Positions 12,701-26,007 of a DNA stretch of 64,000 nucleotides are shown here, piece after piece; positions within the stretch are counted from its first letter, which is position 1, and each line of letters opens with the position of its first letter. A model generated the notes under the pieces. The model saw only the letters and a program-made list of their open reading frames with translations. It did not search any database and was not told the DNA's origin. A program made the position numbers and the translations under genes. The stretch spans positions 180,670,001 to 180,734,000 of the forward strand of contig NC_086097.1 of the NCBI RefSeq assembly GCF_963921235.1, written 5' to 3'. This DNA comes from Mobula hypostoma. Taxonomy: Eukaryota.

Positions 12701-13479
12701 GGGAAAAGGACTCCCGCTCCTGACACTGCCTGTACTGGATCTCGGTCTCTTTCCGAAAACCCTCACTGCTTCTCTTCCCCTTTCACCATCCTCAATTCTC
12801 ACAATCCTCTACCCTCCCTCCTATCACCCTCTGTCTTCACCACCCTCACTCCTTCATTCCTCTTCCCTCTCCTCTACTCACCCTCACCGCATCCTCTTGA
12901 TTCCACCGTTTCATCATTTTCACCATCTCCGTCCCTACCCCAGTTCTTCCCTCCATTCTCCCTTCTCCTCATTCTGTGGGGCCGCTCAGTCCGTCTCTTC
13001 CCTGTCAGCGATTCTTTTTACCTCTTCCCCATCTCTCTCTCCCCATTTCCTTCCCCTCATCTCATCCATCCACTTCTCCTCTTACAATCCACTTCTTTGT
13101 TTCGCCTTTCCACCTCTTCCTCTAACACTCGTCCATTTTCTCTCCAACCCACTTTACCCCGTTCACTCTCCGCTCTGTTTCTCTACCATTTCACCCCGCC
13201 TCACCTATCACCTCACCCTCCTGTCCCTCTCCTGCCCCTTACCTACTCTTCCCTTCTCAACTCTCCTTTCCCTCACTCTTTTCTCTCCCTCCTCCTTCCC
13301 CCATCTCCTCTTATTCCTCTTCCCTTACCCTTCCCCTCTCGCCTTCATATCTCTCCCTCCCCCAGTCCTACCCTCTCTCTCCCTCTCGCATTTCTTCCCT
13401 CCCCCCTTCTCCTCCACTCTCCCCTCATCTCCTCTCTCTCCATCCCACATTCCCGCATCCCTTCTTGCGAGGGAAAGTT

Positions 13480-13703
13480 TGGGAACATTTTACCCAACTC
13501 TGATTCCGGAACGTGTCCTCCTGTCACTACGCCGCTGACGGGATGTGACAGCTGCTCAATTGCCCGTGTTGGCCGTCAGGAACCCCCTTCGTCCCCCGGT
13601 CACCACCCACCCCACCCCCTCCGCCCGCTCCGCATTGAAAGGGAGCACTATTAAAGTGTGAGGGGGGAGGACTTAGTGCAGGAGTCGGCAGAGAGCTGGG
13701 GAA
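13480..13703 (+). promoter_or_regulatory. Proximal promoter / 5' UTR of exon 1b
   Basis: CpG-rich; TGACAGCTG (MEIS-type site overlapping an E-box) at 13546-13554; CTGTCA at 13521; GC box ccgccc at 13621; TATA-like TATTAAA at 13649-13655. Confidence 0.6.
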
Positions 13704-13781
13704 ATGTCCGCAGAAGAGCTGAGCGGCGGTGCTCGGAGAGCGACCAAGAGCAAACTGTTTGAGTTCCTAGTTCACGGTGTG
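13704..13781 (+). CDS. SMARCD3: SMARCD3 coding exon 1b (MSAEELSGGARRATKSKLFEFLVHGV)
   Basis: Closely matches the recalled BAF60c2 N-terminus MAADEVAGGARKATKSKLFEFLVHGV; donor gtgagt at 13782; phase 0. Confidence 0.95.
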
Positions 13782-13989
13782 GTGAGTGGACAGTGAACTC
13801 CGTCACCGGGACCACAGCCCCGAAGGAACACGGATTCCCGGGCGGGAGTTCGACACAACTGTCTGTGTGGCTGGAGAGAGCAGGAGGGGGTCGCGGCAGA
13901 GGCAGAGAGAGAATGTGGTGGGGGTAAAGAGAGAGAAAATGTGGGGCAAAGCGAGACAAAAATGTGACAAAGGAGAGGGAAGGGGAAAA

Positions 13990-14380
13990 TGTGGCAGGGC
14001 AGGGAGAGGGAGATTGTGGCAGAGAGGGGGATTGTGGCAGGGCAGGGAGAGGGATGTGGCAGGGCAGGGGCAGCGAGAGGGAGACATTGCAGGGCAGGGG
14101 CATGGAGGGGGGATGTGGTAGGGCAGGGAGGGGGGATGTGGTAGGGCAGGGAGAGGGGGATTGTGGCAGGGCAGGGAGAGGAGGGTTGTGGCGGGGGGTT
14201 GTGGCAGAGCAGGGAGAGGGAGATGTGGCGGGGCAGGGAGAGGGAGATGTTGCAGGGCAAGGGAGGGGGGATGTGGCAGGGCAGGGAGAGGGGGATTGTG
14301 GCAGGGGCAGGGAGAGGGAGACGTTGCAGGGCAGGGAGGGGGATTGTGGCAGGGCAGGGAGAGGGGGATGTGGTAGGGAG
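13990..14380 (+). repeat. G-rich minisatellite, unit about 25 nt (tgtggcagggcagggagagggggat)
   Basis: About 15 degenerate tandem copies 200 bp downstream of exon 1b. Confidence 0.9.
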
Positions 14381-15821
14381 GGGTGAATGTGACAAGGGAC
14401 AGGTTTTAGTGTTTGTGGGAATCAAAGAGTAAGGTGAAGGAAGAGAGAAAAGTGAGGAAGTGAAAGGGAGAGTGTAGTAGGAAGAAGAGGGAAGATAGTT
14501 GAGAGAGGAAGATAGAGGAAATGTGGGTTTGTGTGGAGGGGAGAAGGGGGGGGAAGAGAGAAGGGGATTTTGATGGGAGAGAGAGAAAGTGGATTGGGCA
14601 GATAGGATGGGTGGAGTTTCTACTGAACCTGATGTGGGGGTTTGGGTTGGAGTGGGGTAGACCCAGGTAATTAGCAACTCCTCTTCCCTGTCTACCCCAT
14701 CAGCATGTCCCTGCAAACCTTGACTTCATTTTTTTTGGCAAAATGGTGACGTGAGAAGGCAGATACTGGAGTCTGCAGCAACACACAAAATGCTGAAGGA
14801 ACTCAGTGGGTCATGCAGCATCTGTGGAGGGAAATGGAGAAGCCAGATTTCAGGTTAAAACCCTTCATCTGGCCTGAGAGATAAAGGGGAGATGGCAGAA
14901 GTAGAACTGGTGTGATGCTGGCAGATAATGAGTGAATCCTGGTGAGGAGGGGTAATAGGCAGATGGAAGAGGGAGAGTGGGAATTGTGACAGAGGTGGGA
15001 AAGTGATAGGTAGAGGTGACAAAAGTCTGCAGATGGTGGAATCTGATAGGAGAGGAAGATGGAGCATGGAACCAAATAGGGGAGGTGGGAGCGGCAGATG
15101 GGAATAGTTGGTGGAGTATTGGTGGGACCCACTAAGAGGAATGTGAATGGCCCTATCTTTCAATCCAGATGAAGGGTCTTGTCCCGAAACGTCAACTGTC
15201 CATTTCCTTTCTCAGATGCTGCCTGACCCACTGAGTTCCTCCAACTTTTTGTGTGTTGCTTCCTTTGTGAAAGCTGTACTTGGGATCACATCAGTCCCTC
15301 TCTCCTCTCCTTCCACCTCTGAACTACATGTGCCTTTTGGCCCACAGTGTTGTGTCAATTTTTTGATCTACTCCAAAATAAATCTAATCCTTCCCTTCCA
15401 CTTAGACCTCCATTCATCTTTCATCCATGTGTCTATATAAGAGTTTCTTAAATGTCCCTAATGTATCTGCCTCTACCACCACCCCTGGCAATGCATTCAA
15501 CACACCACTCTCTGTGCAAAGCTTCCAATTCTGATGAACATATTAAGAGACAACCAGAATTGAATGCAATACTCCAAGTGTGGTCTAACCAGAGCTTTAT
15601 AGAGCTCTGACAGTATCTTGTGTCTCTTGAAATCAGTCTCACAACTAATGAAGGTCAACACACAATATGACTTCTTAACAAAGACTTGTGTGGCATCTTT
15701 GAGAGACCTGTGGATTTGGACTCCAATATCCCTGTTTCTCCACACTATTAAGAATTCTGCTATTAATTTTGTATGCTGCCTTCAAGTATGACCTTCTGAA
15801 GTGCACTTCACACTTAGACAT

Positions 15822-18125
15822 TTAGACCATATGACATAGGAGCAGAATTAGGCCATTTGGCCCATCAAATCTGCTCTGCTACTCCATCATGGCTAATTTA
15901 TTATCCATTTTCCTGCCTTCCCCTGTAACCTTTGATGCCCTGACTAATCAAGAACCTATCAACCTCCTCTTTAAATGGCCTCCAAGCCATCTTAGGCAAT
16001 GAAATCCACAGATTTACTGCTCTCTGGCTCACAAAATTCCTCCTCATCTCTGTTCTAAATGAATGTCCCTCTCTTCCAGGGTTTCATAACGTGTGGCCCA
16101 CGACACCTTGTTTAATGGTATTGGTCCATGACATAAAAAAAAGTTGGGATCCCTTGTCTATTCTGAGACTAGGCCCTCTGGTCCTAGACTCACCCACTGC
16201 AGGAAACATCTTCCCCACATCCACTCTATCTAGACCTTTAAATATTCAGTAGGTTGCAATGAGATACCCCCTACTAATTCTTCTAGATTCCAGCGAGTGC
16301 ATGCCCAGAACCATCAAACACTCCTCATATGTTAACCTTTTCATCCTGGAGTCATTCTTGTGAACCTCCACTGGACGCAAAGCCAACTTTCTGAGATAAG
16401 GGGCCCAAAACTGCTCACGATATTCCACATGCTGTCTGACCGATGCCTCATAATGTGTCAGCATTACATCCTTGTTCTTGTCTTCTCAAAATGAATACTA
16501 ACGTTGCATTTGTCTTCCTTACCACTAACTCAATCTGCAAGTTAACTTTTTAGGGAATCCCAAGTCCCTTTGCACATCTGATTTTTGAATTTTCTCCCTG
16601 TTTAGAAAATAGTCTATATTATTTCCTCAAAGAATTCCAACAGATTTGTCAGGGAAGATTTTCCCCCTAAGGAAAACATGCCGACTTTGGCCAGTTTTAT
16701 AGTGTGCCACCAAGTACCCCAAAACCTCATCCTTAATAATGGACTCCAACATCTTCCCAACCTCTGAAGTCAAACTAAATGGACTATAATTTCCTTTCTT
16801 CTGCCTCCATCCCTTAAAGAGCGGAGTGACATTTCCCATTTACCAGTCCTCCAGAACCATTCCAGAATCTAGTGATTCTTGCAAGATCGTTAGTAATGCT
16901 TCCACAATCTCTTCAGCCACCTTTTTCAGAACCCTGGGGTGTATACCATCTGGTCCAGATGATTTATTTACTTTCTACTTTCAGATTCCCAAGTACATTC
17001 TTAGTAATAGCAACAGCGCTCTCTTCTGCCCCGACACTCTCTAATTTCTGGCATATTGCTGGTGTCTTCCACAGTGAAAACTGACACAAAATGCCTATTA
17101 AGTTCATCTGCCATTTCTTTGTCTCCCATTTCAACCCCTCCAGCATTATTTTCCAGTGGTCCAATATCCACTCTCGCCTCTCTTTTACTCTTTATATATT
17201 TGGATAAGCTTCTGGTATCCTCTTTTATATTGTTGGCTAGCTTACCTTAGTATTTCATCTTTTGTTTCCTTATGGTTTTTTAGTTGCTTTCTGTTGGTTT
17301 TTAAAAGCTTCACCATCCTCTAAATTCCCACTAATTTTTAGCCATATCATATGCCCTCTCTTTTGCTTTCATGCTGTCTTTGACTTCCCTTAGCCACGGT
17401 TGCATCATCCTCCCTTTAGAATACATCAACTTATTTGGGAATTGCCTTCCGAATTGCCCCCAGAAACATCAGCCATTGCTGTTCTGCTGTCATCAATGCT
17501 AGTGTCGTCTTCCATTCAACTTTGGCCAACTCCTCTTTCATGCCTCTTTGATTCTCTTTGCTCTACTTCAATACTGATACTTCTGGCTTTATTTCTCCCT
17601 TTCAAATGCAGGGTGAATTCTATCATATTATGATCACTGCTACCTAAGGGTTCCTTTATCATAAGCTGCTTAATCAAATCTGATTCATTTTATACCATTC
17701 AATTCAGAATTGCTTTTTCCCCAGTGGGTTTAACTACAAACGCTCTGAAAAAACCATCTCATAGTCATTCTACAGATTCCCTATCTTGGGATCCAACATC
17801 AACCTGGTTTTCCCAATCTACCTGCATATTGAAATCCCCCATGACTATCGAAACATTGCCTTTTTTACATGCCTTTTCTATCTCCCATTGTAATTTGTAT
17901 CCCATATCCTGGCTACTGTTTGGAGGACTGTATGTAACTCCCATAAGGGTCTTTTTACCTTTGCAGTTTCTTAACTCTACCCAGAAGGATTTTATATCTC
18001 CTATGTCACCTCTTTCAAAAGATTTGATTTCATTTTTTTAACCAACAAAGTCCTGCCACCTTCTCTGCCTACCTGCCTGTCCTTTCAGTACAAGGTGTAT
18101 CCTTGGATGTTAAGCTTTCAACTAT
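15822..18125 (-). mobile_element. CR1 LINE relic (ORF2 endonuclease and RT fragments, 3' tail)
   Basis: NVTPLFKG..KGNY, QFWAPYLRK and GDFNM motifs on the minus strand; CR1-type 3' end near 15825. Confidence 0.85.
16077..16156. mobile_element. About 80-bp hAT-type MITE inserted in CR1
   Basis: Ends cagggtttcataac / gttgggatcccttg; flanks tctcttc / tctattc; same family as 52593-52662. Confidence 0.65.
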
Positions 18126-20659
18126 TACTTCTCCAGATTGAACGCCACCTGCCACATTTCAGCCCAGCTCTGCATCCTATCAATGTCCTGTTGTAACCTA
18201 CAATGACCTTCTACACTATCCACACACACCACCACTAACCTTTGTGTTATCTAGTAACTTACTAACCCACCTTCCACTTCCTCATTCAAGTTATTTATAT
18301 AAATCACAATGAACAAGGGTCCCAGAACAGACCCCTGCTGAATGCCATTGGTCAACAACTTCCAAATAGAATACATTTCCAAATCTGGATGGTGTACGAC
18401 CTGGAATGGAGCCTATAGGTGGTCCTATTCTAAGTGGAAGAGCTCACAGGTTTGGGAGATGCTATTGGAGTAGTCGGGGCAAATCACAGCAGCTAGTGGT
18501 TGAGGGAATGGATGTTTAGGATGGTGGATGGACTGCATTGTTCTGAATTGTGTTGAGAATGGCTGGTGCTGCTTTTGGAGAGTATTTCATTACACTCCTG
18601 ATTATGGTGGAGGGACTTTGGGGGTCACTCACCACAGGACTCCCAATCTCTTGCTTGCTTTTGTGGCCATGGTATTAGTGTGGCTGGTTGGGTTGAGATG
18701 GATGGTGAGTCCCATTCCCAAGGTGGTGTTGGTGGGCCATTTGGTGAATGTTACTGCTATTGATTGGCAAGGGCAGGTAGTAGACTCTCTGCTCTTGGAG
18801 ATGGTCATTCCCTGGCACGTGTGGTACGGGTTTCATTTGCCACTTGCCAGCCCGCACATTGGTGTAACTACAAGCAGAGAGGGCTGCTTTGTCTGCTGAG
18901 GAGTTGAGAATGGAATTGAACATTAAATGACATCAGAGAATGGTCAGAGCACAGGAGGAGACTGTTTGGCCTGTTGGGCCTTTACCAGCTCTATGTAAGA
19001 ACAATCAAGCTAGTCCCCTCTCCACATTGCCCTGCAAACCTTTTCTTTTCAGACTATAGTCGAGCTCCATTTTGAACACCGCAGTCAAGTGTTCTTCCAC
19101 CTCTGCCTCCAAAAAGTGCACTCTTGGCCCTCATGACTCATTCTGTGAAAAGGGTTTTCTTTGTGTCAGTTCTGGGCCTCTCGGGTTTCCTCATATCCCT
19201 CTCTGTGCCAAGGGACTAATCCTAGTGTCTCCACTTTTCCCATATAAAGTCCCTTAAACCTGGAATCATTTTGGAATCACTGGACAATCTCTAAAACTCT
19301 CATACCTTTCCTAAAGCATGGCACCCAGAACCAATAATTCAACAGCAACCGAGCTAGAGGTTTATAAAGATTGATCATGTCGCCCTTATTGTTGCACTTG
19401 TTATTCAATTTATAAAGCCAAGACTGTCTGCCTCTTCAAGCATTCTCTCAACCTCCCTGTCAGTCCATGAACCCTGCTCTTCTATTCCTGTTGGAATCAT
19501 TCCCCCTAACTTGTGCTTCTACTTTTCATTCCTCATACCAAACTGCAATACTTCACAGTTCTCATTGTAAAACTTCACCTGTCACTCATTTACCCATCCA
19601 CCCAGTCTGCTTCTTAACAATCTGTTAGAGGGACTCAGCGGCTTGAGCAGCATCTATGGGGGGGGGGGGGGAAGGACTTTTTGGTGATTTCGGTCAAAGG
19701 CCTGCATCAGGACCTGAAACACTGGCAATTCCTTCCCCTTCCCCCTCCCCCACAGATGCTGTTCAACCTGTTGCGTTCCTCCAGCTGATTGCTTGTTCCA
19801 CATTCCAGTGCCTGCTGTTTACTGAGTCTGTTACTCTTCTTCAGTTCACTGTGTCTCCAAGTTGTATGTAGTGTGCAACTTTAGAAATGGCTTCCCCTTC
19901 CCCTCCACCGTCAGATTTATGAACACTACCTTTATTTTATACAACTTATTTATTTTTGTAATTTATAGTAACTTTGCAATGTACTGCTGCTGTAAAACAA
20001 CAAATCTTACAACACATAAGATAGTGATAATAAATCTGATTCTGTGTACCAAATCCCAGACCATTAACATATATTAAGAACAACTGTAACTCTTCTACCA
20101 GTCCCTGGAGAACTCTACAGTATACATTCTCCCAGACTGAGAAACAACCTCTCACTCCCACTCTCTTTCCTGTTATAGTCAATTTCCCATCTATGCTGCT
20201 GTAGCCGCTTTTATTCTAAGGCCTTAATGACAATCCAATTGTCATCTTATCAAATTTTTTTTTAAATATCACATCAACAGTATTTCCCTTATCAATCCTC
20301 TCTGTTATCAAAAAATCTGTGACAATTTAGTTGGCAAAATCATCACTGGCTTTTTCCACTCACTTCTCACGTGCCCAAGTAACTGTTAATTCTGTCCCTG
20401 GTTATTGTGTCTGGAATTTTCCCACTATCAGGGTTAGACATATGGTCTGTACACACCGGGTTTATCCCCTAGCTGTATTTTTTCAAACAGAGGTAAAAAT
20501 ATTCACAATCTTTTGGTCTGGGCACTACCTAATAGAGATAATCCAGGAAATTATGGACCACTGACCCTTCCATCAGTGGTGATGAAATTACTGGAGCTGA
20601 TTCTTAAGAACCATATCTACCCCCACATTTGCAGAAGTGTGGACTTAAAAAAAAAGGAT

Positions 20660-20990
20660 AGGATTGACTTCAACAGCACAAAACTACTGTGAAGCGCCAA
20701 CGGCTTTTGGGACTGCCTGGTGAAGGAAGCCACTGAAATAAAACTAGAAGAAAAAGAATTTTAACAAAGCCGAAGGTCTTTCTCTAAGAACAGGAATTCC
20801 ATTGTAAAGGGGTGTGGGGGGACAGTGGAAACCTGATTGGATGAGGACTAACCAATCAGGAGGGTTAGACGATGGGGTATAGACTTTACCCAGGCATCAT
20901 CCCTGATGAAGATGGCAGTTTGTCATCGAAACATTGGTCAAAATCGATACCTGTTCCTAGCTAAAAGCCTGAGAAGAGTTTATTTGTTAA
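20660..20990 (+). mobile_element. Penelope-like element 3' fragment with hammerhead core
   Basis: Remnant IDFNSTKLL..GFWDCLVKEATEIKLEE; CTGATGA...GAAAC-attg-GTC at 20903-20939. Confidence 0.7.
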
Positions 20991-23160
20991 GTATGGACTA
21001 ATTAGAGACAGTCCACGTGGCTTCGTGTGGGTCAGGTCATGTCTTATAAGCTTGATTGAACTTTCTGAGGTGGTGTCAAAATTGTTGATCAGAATGAGGT
21101 TTATTATCTCTGACATACGTTGTGAGATTTGTTGTTTTGTGGCTGCAGTGCAGTGCAAGGCATAAAAACTGAATAAATAGTGCGAAAGAGGAACAGTGAG
21201 GTAGTGTTCCTAGAGCATTCAGAAATCCAGAGGCAGAGGGGAAGAAGCTGTTCCTCCTTGAGAGTATGGCAGTGAATGTGGACTTTAGTAAGGCACTTGA
21301 CCACGTTACTCATCATAGGCTGATCCAGAAGATTATTGCACATGGAATCCACAGTGATTGGTAGATTGGATTCAAAACTCGGTTGGCTGTAGAAGATGGA
21401 GGATAGAAGTGGAAGGATATTCCTCTGGTGAAAGGTCTGTTACTACTGTTGTTTCACAAGGATCTGTGCTGCGACCTCTATTTATAATATGAGAATGGTA
21501 TTGAGATAACTATGAAACATATGGACAAATATATATAAGTGGGCTGATAGTTTGCAGGCACAAAGATTGGCAGAGTTGTGGATAGTGAGGAAGAATGTCA
21601 AAGGATATAACAGGATACAGATCAGTTGGAGATATCGATGAGAAATAGCAGATGGAGTTTAAATGAGGAAAGTGAGAGGTGTTGCACTTTGAGAGGTCAA
21701 GTGTAAGGGGAAAGTATGCAGTAAATATCAGAACCCTAGGGACCATTGATGTCCAGAGGGATCTTGGAGTACAAGTCCAAAGCTGCCTGAAGGTGACAGT
21801 ACAAGTAGATGAGGTGGTTATGAAGGCATACAGCGTGCTTGCTTTAATCAGTAGGGAATATAAAATTTGCTAAGATGTGTTGCGGTTATATAAAACTTTG
21901 GTTAGACCACACTAGGAAGGATGTGGAGGCTTTGGACAGGGTTCTGTAGAGTTTTGTCAGGATGCTGCCTGGATTAGAGCATATGTACAATAAGGAGAAG
22001 CTGGACAAACTTGGGTTGTTTTATCTAGAACATTGGAATCTGAGGGGTGACCTGATAGAAGTTTATAAATTTTTGTGAGGCATAGATAGGGTAGGTGATC
22101 AGTCTTTGTTCCAGGGTAGAAAAGTTAAATACTAATTGCATTTGTCCTCCCAAAGTGCAGCACATTAGACTTGGTGACATAAAGTTATATAGAAACTGGT
22201 CAGCGTTATAAATACAAGAGATTCTGCAGATGCTGGGAATGTGTGTGTTACTCTGGATAACTGCCTAAGTGGCGATATGAGCCTTACTCTGGTCCATGCT
22301 GACCAAGATTCCCACCAAAGCTAGTCCATTCGGTCACAAATCTTTCCTATCCAAGTGCTCTTTCCCTAATCCTTTGTTCCCATGTCCTTGATTCCTTAAC
22401 CCTAATTCTGTTTATGTCCCTTGTTATCCTACTAACCAATGAATAAAATCCTAACCTTTTCAGCCTCTCTTCTCAACTCCCTCTGGTCCTGGTATCATCC
22501 TCGTAAATCTCCTCTGCACTCTCAATTTATAAGAATGTTGCCAGGACCTGAGTTACAGGGAGAGGTTGAAGAGGTTAGAACTTTATTCAATGGAGCATAG
22601 GAGAATATGAGGAGATTTGATAGAGGTACAGTATAAAAAATTATGTGGGGTATACATAGGGTAAATGCAAACAGGCTATTTTTTTCCACCAAGGTTGGGT
22701 GAGACGAGGTTAAGGGTGAAAGGTGAAATTTTTAGGGGGAACCTGAGGTGAACTTCTTCACTCAGAAATTGGTGTGAGTGTGGAACAAGCTGCCAGCAGA
22801 AACGGCAGGTAAGCACTTGCAACACTCAAAAGTTAAGTTTGGATAAGTACATGGATGGGAGGGGTATGGTCCAGGTGCAGGTTGATGGGACTAGTTTGGC
22901 ATGGTCTGGGTGGGCTGAAGGTTCTGTAGTGCTCTATGTCTCTTCAGTTTAAAGACATCTTTCCTACAACAAGGTGACTAAAACCCAATAAAACATTCCA
23001 AAGTGTGGCCTCAATGATGCCTTGTCCAATTGCAACCTAATACCCCAAACCTTGTACTCAGTGCCCTGAATGATGAAGGTCAGTGAGCCAGAAGCCGCCT
23101 TCACCGCCCTGTTTACCAGTGATGCCACATTCATGGAACTGTGTTCTCATACTCCACAGG

Positions 23161-24322
23161 ACCATAAGATATAGGAGCAGAAGTAGGCCATGCGGCCTAT
23201 TGAGTCTGCTCCACCATTCAGCCATGGGCTGATCCAATTCTTCCAGTCATCCCCACTCCCCTGCCTTCCCCCCCATACCCTTTGATGCCCTGGCTAATCA
23301 AGAACCTATCTATCTCTGCCTTAAATGCACCCAATGACTTGGCCTCAACAGCCCCTCATGGCAACGAATTCCACAAATTTACCAGCCTCTGGCTAAAGTA
23401 ATTTCTCCGTATCTCTGTTCTAAATGGATATCCTTCAATCCTGAAGTCGTGCCCTCTTGTCCTAGACTCCCCTACCATGGGAAATAACTTTGCCATATCT
23501 GATCTGTTCAGGCCTTTTAACATTTGGAATGTTTCCATGAGATCCCCCCTCATTCTCCTGAACTCCAGGGAATACAGCCCAAGAGCTGCCAGACATTCTT
23601 CATATGGTAAACCGTTCATTCCTGGAATCACTCTTGTGAATCTTCTCTGAACCCTCTCCAATGTCAGTATATCCTTCCTAAAATAAGGAGACCAAAACTG
23701 CACACAATGCTCCAAGTGTGGTCTCACAAGTGCCTTATAGAGCCTCGACATCACATCCCTGCTCTTTTATTCTATACCTCTAGAAATGAATATCAACATT
23801 GCATTCGCCTTCTTCACCACCGACTCAACCTGGAGCTTAACCTCTGGGGTATCCTGCACAAGGACTCCCAAGTCCATTTGCAACTCTGTATTTTGAATTC
23901 TCTCCCCATCTAAATAATAGCCTGCCCGTTTATTTCTTCCACCAAAGTGCATGACCACACACCTTCCAACATTGTGTTTCATTTGCCACTTCTTTGCCCA
24001 TTCTCCTAAACTATCTAAGTATCTCTGAAGGCTCTCTGTTTCCTCAACACTACCCGCTCCTCCACCTATCTTTGTATCATCAGCACTTTTAGCCACAAAT
24101 CCATTAATCCCATAGTCCAAATCATCGACATACATCGTAAAAAGCAGTGGTCCCAACACCCACCCCTGTGGAACTCCACTGGTAACCGGCAGCCAGCCTG
24201 AATAGGATCCCTTTATTCCCACTCTCTGTTTTCTGCCAATCAGCCAATGCTCCACCCAGGCTAGTGACTCCCCTGTAATTCCATGGGCTTTTATCTTGCT
24301 AAGCAGTCTCATGTGCAGCACC
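23161..24322 (-). mobile_element. Relatively young 5'-truncated CR1 LINE (RT C-terminal half)
   Basis: Long ORFs 23767-24321 (SGVPQGWVLGPLLF, ADDTK) and 23356-23754 (LVRPHLEHCVQFWSP); 3' tail at 23161. Confidence 0.92.
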
Positions 24323-24517
24323 TACTCCTGGGCCCTTCTGTCCTACAGCATTCCCCAGGGTCCTGTATTCACAGTGGACGTCCTTCCCTGTCTTGTCATC
24401 CTGAGATACAACAGCTCGCACTGATCTGAATTCATCTCCGCTCGCCACTCACCCAGGTCACTCTGTGATCCCTGCTGACTACACTCACTCTCTAATGCCT
24501 GGCCTCTCCTCCCCCAG

Positions 24518-24708
24518 CGCCCTGGGATGCCCTCGGCTGCGCGGATGGCTCCCCAAGGTTCAGCGATGGGTCCCCCGGGAGCCCCATACGGAACGGGTCC
24601 TACTGTTCGCCCTGGGATCCCACAACCGGTCCTCGAGCAGACCCGCAAGCGTGCTGCACCGCAGCAGATGCAACAGCCACAGGCAGCCGTGCAGAGCCGT
24701 GCACGCAG
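24518..24708 (+). CDS. SMARCD3: SMARCD3 exon 2 ([14 protein letters not shown]...QSRAR)
   Basis: Acceptor ctcctcccccag; Pro/Gly-rich N-terminal region with RKRAAP; donor gtaggg; 191 nt, ends in phase 2. Confidence 0.95.
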
Positions 24709-24995
24709 GTAGGGTAGGGGGTGCGTGGGAGGGGCCAAGGTGTTGACATGGTGGGTTAGAGTGGTGGAGGGGGGAGAGGGAGGGAGAAGGATGGGACAGG
24801 GAAGGGTAGGATTGGGCAAGGGTGTGGTGGAGGGAGGGGTCCAGTCCCACACCCCTCATCAGGGATCTGATGCACAACATAAGGAGCAGGCTTCTCGACT
24901 CATTGAGCCTACCCACCGGTCGATCAAATTGGATATAAGCTGTTGTGAGGGCTGCCCTATGCCCATAATGATTGTTTTCTGTTAAACGTCCACAG

Positions 24996-25038
24996 TGCCA
25001 AGCGGAGGAGGATGGTGGACAAGATCCTGCCCCAGAGG
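24996..25038 (+). CDS. SMARCD3: SMARCD3 exon 3 ((S)AKRRRMVDKILPQR)
   Basis: Acceptor ccacag, donor gtgagt; 43 nt restores the frame; matches the SMARCD KRRKMADKILPQR motif. Confidence 0.95.
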
Positions 25039-25884
25039 GTGAGTGAGGGGGAGGCCTGGTGGGTGCGGTGGGGCTGTTTGGAGTGAGGGGTAGAATTGCC
25101 CCGGGCGTGGTGCTTAACCTCAGCACAGGAACCACAGGCAGTGATTGGTCAAACGTCTACCTCCAATATTTTTTTAAAATAAAAGGGTGTTTATTACAAA
25201 TACAACATCAAACTACTGCAGACCACAGCAACCAGAACTTCAGATTCCGATATTGGCATCCTGATCTGAGACACATTCAGTCTCCCACAGTCCCAAAACA
25301 TAGATCTGTAGGCACCACAGATTCTTCTCCAAGGAACGCCTGATACTATCAGGTGATAATGTCTCCCATTTCAATGCCACTCGGGGCAAGAAGGGACATC
25401 ACACTGGATCCTAATCCTGGAGTGAACCTGTTCCGTGCTGGGGCTCACTCACAGTGTTCACCTGTAATTGATCCAGGAGGCCCCTGTCCCTGTTTCTGTC
25501 CCTATCCACATCCCTGTCCCTACCACTGCAGCCTATCCTGCACAACCAGACCCCCAGTGGATGTGGGGAGGTGTAGGAGGGAGACCTGCCTTGGGGCGGG
25601 GTGGGGGGAGGAAGATTGAGGTACCATCCCAAGAGATGGAGAAGGTTGGCCAACTCCATGGTGTGGTGTGACGGGAAGGCAGGACCCGAGTTTGGGTTTG
25701 TTCTCATGAGGAGCAGCAGGAGGCCATTCAGCACCTCTAGCTTGTCCTACCTCTCACCTAATCCCCACCCCTCATCCAAACACCTGTCCATCAGAGAGGG
25801 CAGGGGCAACCTGGCCTGTAAAGAGAAGTGAGGGATGGATCTTGGGCAGTGAGTGTGTTCCAGAACATTCTGCTTGTTCCTCAG

Positions 25885-26007
25885 ATCCGGGAGCTGGTGC
25901 CGGAATCCCAGGCCTACATGGACCTACTGGCCTTCGAGAGGAAGCTGGACCAGACCATCATGAGGAAGAGAGTGGATATTCAGGAGGCTCTAAAGAGGCC
26001 GATGAAG
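25885..26007 (+). CDS. SMARCD3: SMARCD3 exon 4 ([41 protein letters not shown])
   Basis: Matches recalled human SMARCD3; acceptor cctcag, donor gtggaa; 123 nt. Confidence 0.97.

Noticed and set aside
12366..13654. 390-aa and 185-aa Pro/Ser/Leu-rich ORFs
   Set aside because: A pyrimidine-rich low-complexity tract rarely contains stop codons; no family resemblance.
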